64,000 nucleotides of DNA from the human T2T-CHM13v2.0 reference genome, Homo sapiens. The position numbers and the translations under genes were made by a program. Shown here piece by piece: positions 59,664 to 64,000 of this stretch. The stretch lies in the NCBI RefSeq assembly GCF_009914755.1, contig NC_060927.1; one strand, given 5' to 3'. The notes beneath the pieces are model-generated. The model had not been told where the DNA came from. It saw only the letters and a program-made list of their open reading frames with translations, and did no database searches. Positions within the stretch are counted from its first letter, which is position 1. Every line of letters begins with the position of its first letter.

Positions 59664-62600
59664 TTTGTTTTTCTTAATTATGCTTTAAGTTCTGGGATAC
59701 GTGTGCAGAACATGTAGGTTTGTTATATAGGTATACACGTGCCATGGTGGTTTGCTGCACCCATCAATCCGTCATCTACATTAGGTATTTCTCCTAATGC
59801 TATCCCTCCCCCTGACAGGCCCCAGTGTGTGATGTTCCCCTCCCCGTGTCCATGTGTTCTCATTGTTCAACTCCCACTTATGAGTGAGAACATGTGGTGT
59901 TTGGTTTTCTGTTCCTGTGTTAGTTTGCTGAGAATGATGGTTTCCAGCTTCATCTATGTCCCTGTAAAGGACATGAACTCATCATTTTTTATGTCTGCAT
60001 AGTATTCCATGGTGTATGTGTGCCACATTTTCTTTATCCAGTCTATCATTGATGGGCATTTGGGTTGGTTCCAAGTCTTTGCTATTGTGAATAGTGCTGC
60101 AATAAACATATGTGTGCATGTGTCTTTCTAGCAGAATATTTTATAATCCTTTGGGTGTATACCCAGTAAAGAGATTGCTGGGTCAAATGGTATTTCTAGT
60201 TCTAGGTCCTTGAAGACTTGCCACACTGTCTTCCACAATGGTTGAGCTAATTTACACTCCCACCACATCCTCTCCAGGATCTGTTTTTTCCTGACTTTTT
60301 AGTAGTCGCCATTCTAACTGGTATTTCATTGTGATTTTGATTTGCATTTCTCCAATGACCAGTGATGATGAGCTTTTTTTCATATGTTTGTTGGCCACAT
60401 AAATGTATTCTTTTGAGAAGTGTCTGTTTATATCCTTGGCTTGCTTTTTGATGGGATTGTTTGTTTTTTTCCTGTAAGTTTCTTGTAGATCTGGATATTA
60501 GCCCTTTGTCAGATGGATGGATAGGTTGCAAAAATTTTCTCCCATTCTGTAGGTTGCCTGTTCACTCTGATGATAGTTTCTTTTGCTGTGCAGATGCTCT
60601 TTAGTTTAATTAGATCCCATTTGCCAGTTTTGGTTTTTGTTGTCACTGCCTTTGGTGTTTTAGTCATGAAGTCTTTGCCCATGCCTATGTCCTGAATGGT
60701 ATTGCCTAGGTTGTCCTCTAGGGTTTTTATGGTTTTAGGTCTCATGTTTAAGTCTTTAATCCATCTTGAGTTAATTTTTGTGTAAGGTGTAAGGAAGTGG
60801 TCCGGTTTCAGTTTTCTGCATATGGCTAGCCAGTTTTCCCAACACCATTTATTAAATTGGGAATCCTTTCCCTATTGCTTGTTTTTGTCAGATTTATCAA
60901 AGATTAGATGGTTGTCAATGTGTGGCATTATTTCTGAGACCTCTGTTCTGTTCCATTTGTCTATATATCTGTTTTGCTAACAGTACCATGCTGTTTTGGT
61001 TACTGTAGCATTGTAGCATCCTTTGAAGTCAGGTAGCGTGATGCCTCCAGCTTCGTTCTTTATGCGTAGGATTGTCTTGGCTATGCGGGCTCTTTTTTGG
61101 CTGCCTGTGAAATTTAAAGTAGTTTTTTCTAATTCTGTGAAGAAAGTCAATGGTAGCTTGATGGGGATAGCATTGAATCTATAAATTACTTTGGGTAGTA
61201 TGGACATTTTCACGATATTGATTTTTCTTATGAGGATGGAATGTTTTTCCATTTGTTTGTGTCCTATTTCCTCAAGCAGTGGTTTGTAGTTCTCCTTGAA
61301 GAGGTCCTTCACATCACTTGTGAGTTGTATTCCTAGCATTTTATTCTCTCTGTAGCAATTGTGAATGGGAGTTCACTCATGATTTGTCCCTCTGTTTGTC
61401 TATTATTGTATAAGAATCACAAGTATAAGAATGCTTGTGATTTTTGCACATTGATTTTTGTCTCCTGAGACTTTGCTGAAGTTGCTTATCAGCTTCAGGA
61501 GATTTTGATCTGAGACAATGGGGTTTTCTAAATATGCAAATATGTCATCTGCAAACAGAGACAATTTGACTTCCTCTTTTCCTATTTGGATACCCTTTGT
61601 TTCTTTCTCTTGCCTGATTGCCCTGGCCAGAACTTCCAATACTGTGTTGAATAGGAGTGATGAAAGAAGGCATCCTTGTCTTGTGCCAGTTTTCAAAGGG
61701 AATGCTTCCAGCTTTTGCCCATTCAGCATAATATTGGCTGTGGGTTTGTCATAAATAACTCACATTATTTTGAGATACATTCCATCAACACTTCATTTAT
61801 TGAGAGTTTTTAGCATGAAGAGGTGTTGAATTTTATCGAAGGCCTTTTCTGCATCTGTTGAGATAATCAGATGATTTTTGTCATTTTTTTTTTTACGTGA
61901 TGGATTACATTTGTTGATTTGTGTATGAGAACCAGCCTTACATCCCAGAGATGAAGCAGACTTGATCATGGTGGATAAGCTTTTTGATGTGTTGCTGGAT
62001 TCGGTTGCCAGTATTTTACTGAGGATTTTTGCATCGATGTTCATCAAGGATATTCGTCTGAAATTTTACTTTTTGTTGTGTCTCTGCCAGGTTTTGGTAT
62101 CAGAAAGATGCTGGCTTCATAAAATGAGTTAGGGAGGAGTCCCTCTTTTTCTGTTGTTTGAAATAGTTTCAGAACGAATGGTACCAGCTCCTCCTGGTAG
62201 AATTTGGCTGTTGATCTGTCTGGTCCTGGGCTTTTTTTGATTGGTAGGCTATTGATTACTGCCTCAATTTCAGAATTTGTTATTGGTCTATTCAGGGATT
62301 TGACTTCGTCCTGGTTTAGTCTTGGGAGGGTGTATGTGTGCAGGAAGTTATCCATTTCTTCTAGATTTTCTAGTTTATTTGCATGGAGGTGTTTATAGTA
62401 TTCTCTGATGGTAGTTTGTATTTCTGTGGGATCGGTGGTGATATCCCCTTTATCATTTTTTATTGTGTCTATTTTATTCTGCTCTCTTCTCTTCTTTGTT
62501 AGTCTGGCTAGTGGTCTATTTTGTTAATGTTTTCAAAAAACAGCTCCTGGATTCATTGATTTTTGAAGGGTTTTTCATGTCTCTATCTCCTTCAGTTCTG

Positions 62601-64000
62601 CTCTGATCTTAGTTATTTCTTGTCTTCTGTCAGTTTTCGAATTTGTTTGCTCTTCCTTCTCTAGTTCTTTTAATTGTGATGTTAGGGTGTCAATTTTAGA
62701 TCTTTCCCTCTTTTTCCTGTGGGCATTTAATGCTATAAATTTCCCTCTAAACACTGTTTTAGCTGTGTCCTAGAGATTCTGGTATATTGTGTCTTTGTTC
62801 CCATTGGTTTCAGTGAACTTCTTTATTTCTGACTTAATTTTGTTATTTACCCTGTAGTCATTCAGGAGCAGGTAGTTCGGATTTGAGTGAGTTTCTGAAT
62901 CCTGAGTTCTAATTTGATTGCACTGTCTGAGAAACTGTTATGATTTCCATTCTTTTGCATTTGCTGAGGAAGTTTTTACTTCCAATTATGTAGTCAATTT
63001 TAGAATAAGTGCAATGTGTGTTGAGAAGAATGTATATAATGCTGATTTGGGGTGGAGAGTTCTGTAGATATCTATTAGATCTGCTTGGCTGAGAGCTGAG
63101 TTCAAGTCCTAAATATTCTTGTTAATTTTCTGTCTCATTGATCTGTCTAATATTAAAAGTGGGGTGTTAAAGTCTCCCACTATTATTGTGTGGGAGTCAA
63201 AGTTTCTTTGTAGGTCTCTAAGAACTTGCTTTATGAATCTGGGTGCTCCTGTATTGGGTGCATATATATTTAGGACAGTTAGCTCTTGTTGCTGCATTGA
63301 TCCCTTTACCATTATGTAATGCCCTTGTCTCTTTTGATCTTTGTTGGTTAAAGTCTGTTTTATCAGAGACTACAATTGCAACCCCAGCTCTTTTTCGCTT
63401 TCCATTTGCTTGGTAAATATTCCTCCATCCCTTTATTTTGAGCGTATGTGTGTCTTTGCACATGAGATGGGTCTCCTGAATACAGCACAGAGATGTGGCT
63501 TGACTCTTTATCAAGTTTACCCGTCTGTGTCTTATAATAGGGGCATTTAGCCCCTTTATATTTAAGTTTAGTATTGTTATGTGTGAATTTGACCCTGTCA
63601 TTTTGATGCTAGCTGGTTATTTTGCCCTTTAGTTGATGCAGTTTCTTCATGGTGTTGACGGTCTTTACAATTTGATATGTTTTTGCAGTGGCTGGTACCA
63701 ATTTTCCTTTCCATATTTAGCACTTCCTTCAGGAGCTCTTGTAAGGCAGGCCTGGTGGTGACAAAATACCTCAGCATTTGCTTGTCTGTAAAAGATTTTA
63801 TTTCTTCTTTGCTTATGAAGCTTAGTTTGGATGGATATGAAATTCTGGGTTGGAAATTCTTTTCTTTAAGAATATTGAGTATTGGCACCCACTTTCTTCT
63901 GGCTTGTAGGGTTTCTCCAGAGAGATCAACTGTTAGTCTGATGGCCTTCCCTTTATGGGTAACCCAGCCTTTCTCTCTGACTACCCTTAACATTTTTTCC
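59664..64000 (-). mobile_element. L1PA7-like LINE-1, inactive, continues beyond the window
   Basis: 3'UTR gtcatctacattaggtatttctcctaatgc; ORF2 from ATG at 63601 (MTGSNSHITIL..CCIQETHL); ORF1 C-terminus at 63700-64000. Confidence 0.95.
59883..63601 (-). pseudogene. Disrupted L1 ORF2 (EN, RT, C-terminal remnants)
   Basis: ORF track pieces [35 protein letters not shown]; multiple frameshifts. Confidence 0.92.

Noticed and set aside
63598-63993. ORF1 piece whose stop overlaps the ORF2 ATG (ATGA), resembling translational coupling
   Set aside because: Explained by a frameshift near the ORF1 end reading through the spacer in a dead L1

Overview
AT-rich, CpG-depleted primate (Alu-bearing) nuclear DNA, intergenic or deep-intronic. 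I recognise no host protein-coding exon, rRNA/tRNA, CRISPR array or prokaryotic system. More than half of the window is decayed transposable elements. These are two L1PA7/8-type LINEs on the minus strand (one 5'-complete with TSDs but lacking the endonuclease region, one cut by the window edge), older L1M/L1MB/HAL1 copies, nine Alus, several MaLR/ERVL/ERV1 LTRs (including an MLT2A1), a MER30, MIR and L2 remnants, and microsatellites. All ORFs with recognisable similarity are broken L1 ORF1/ORF2 pieces or Alu/microsatellite read-throughs. Repeat family names are from recalled consensus sequences, not a database search, and old-element boundaries are approximate. The most unusual observations are: (i) AluY copies whose right arms share non-consensus, GC-gaining substitutions with little CpG decay; (ii) a ~108-bp local templated copy inside the TA tract of the MLT2A1 LTR; (iii) an L1 deletion removing roughly the whole endonuclease domain; (iv) three unexplained AT-rich segments that retain CpG. 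I do not find convincing evidence of a new biological system.
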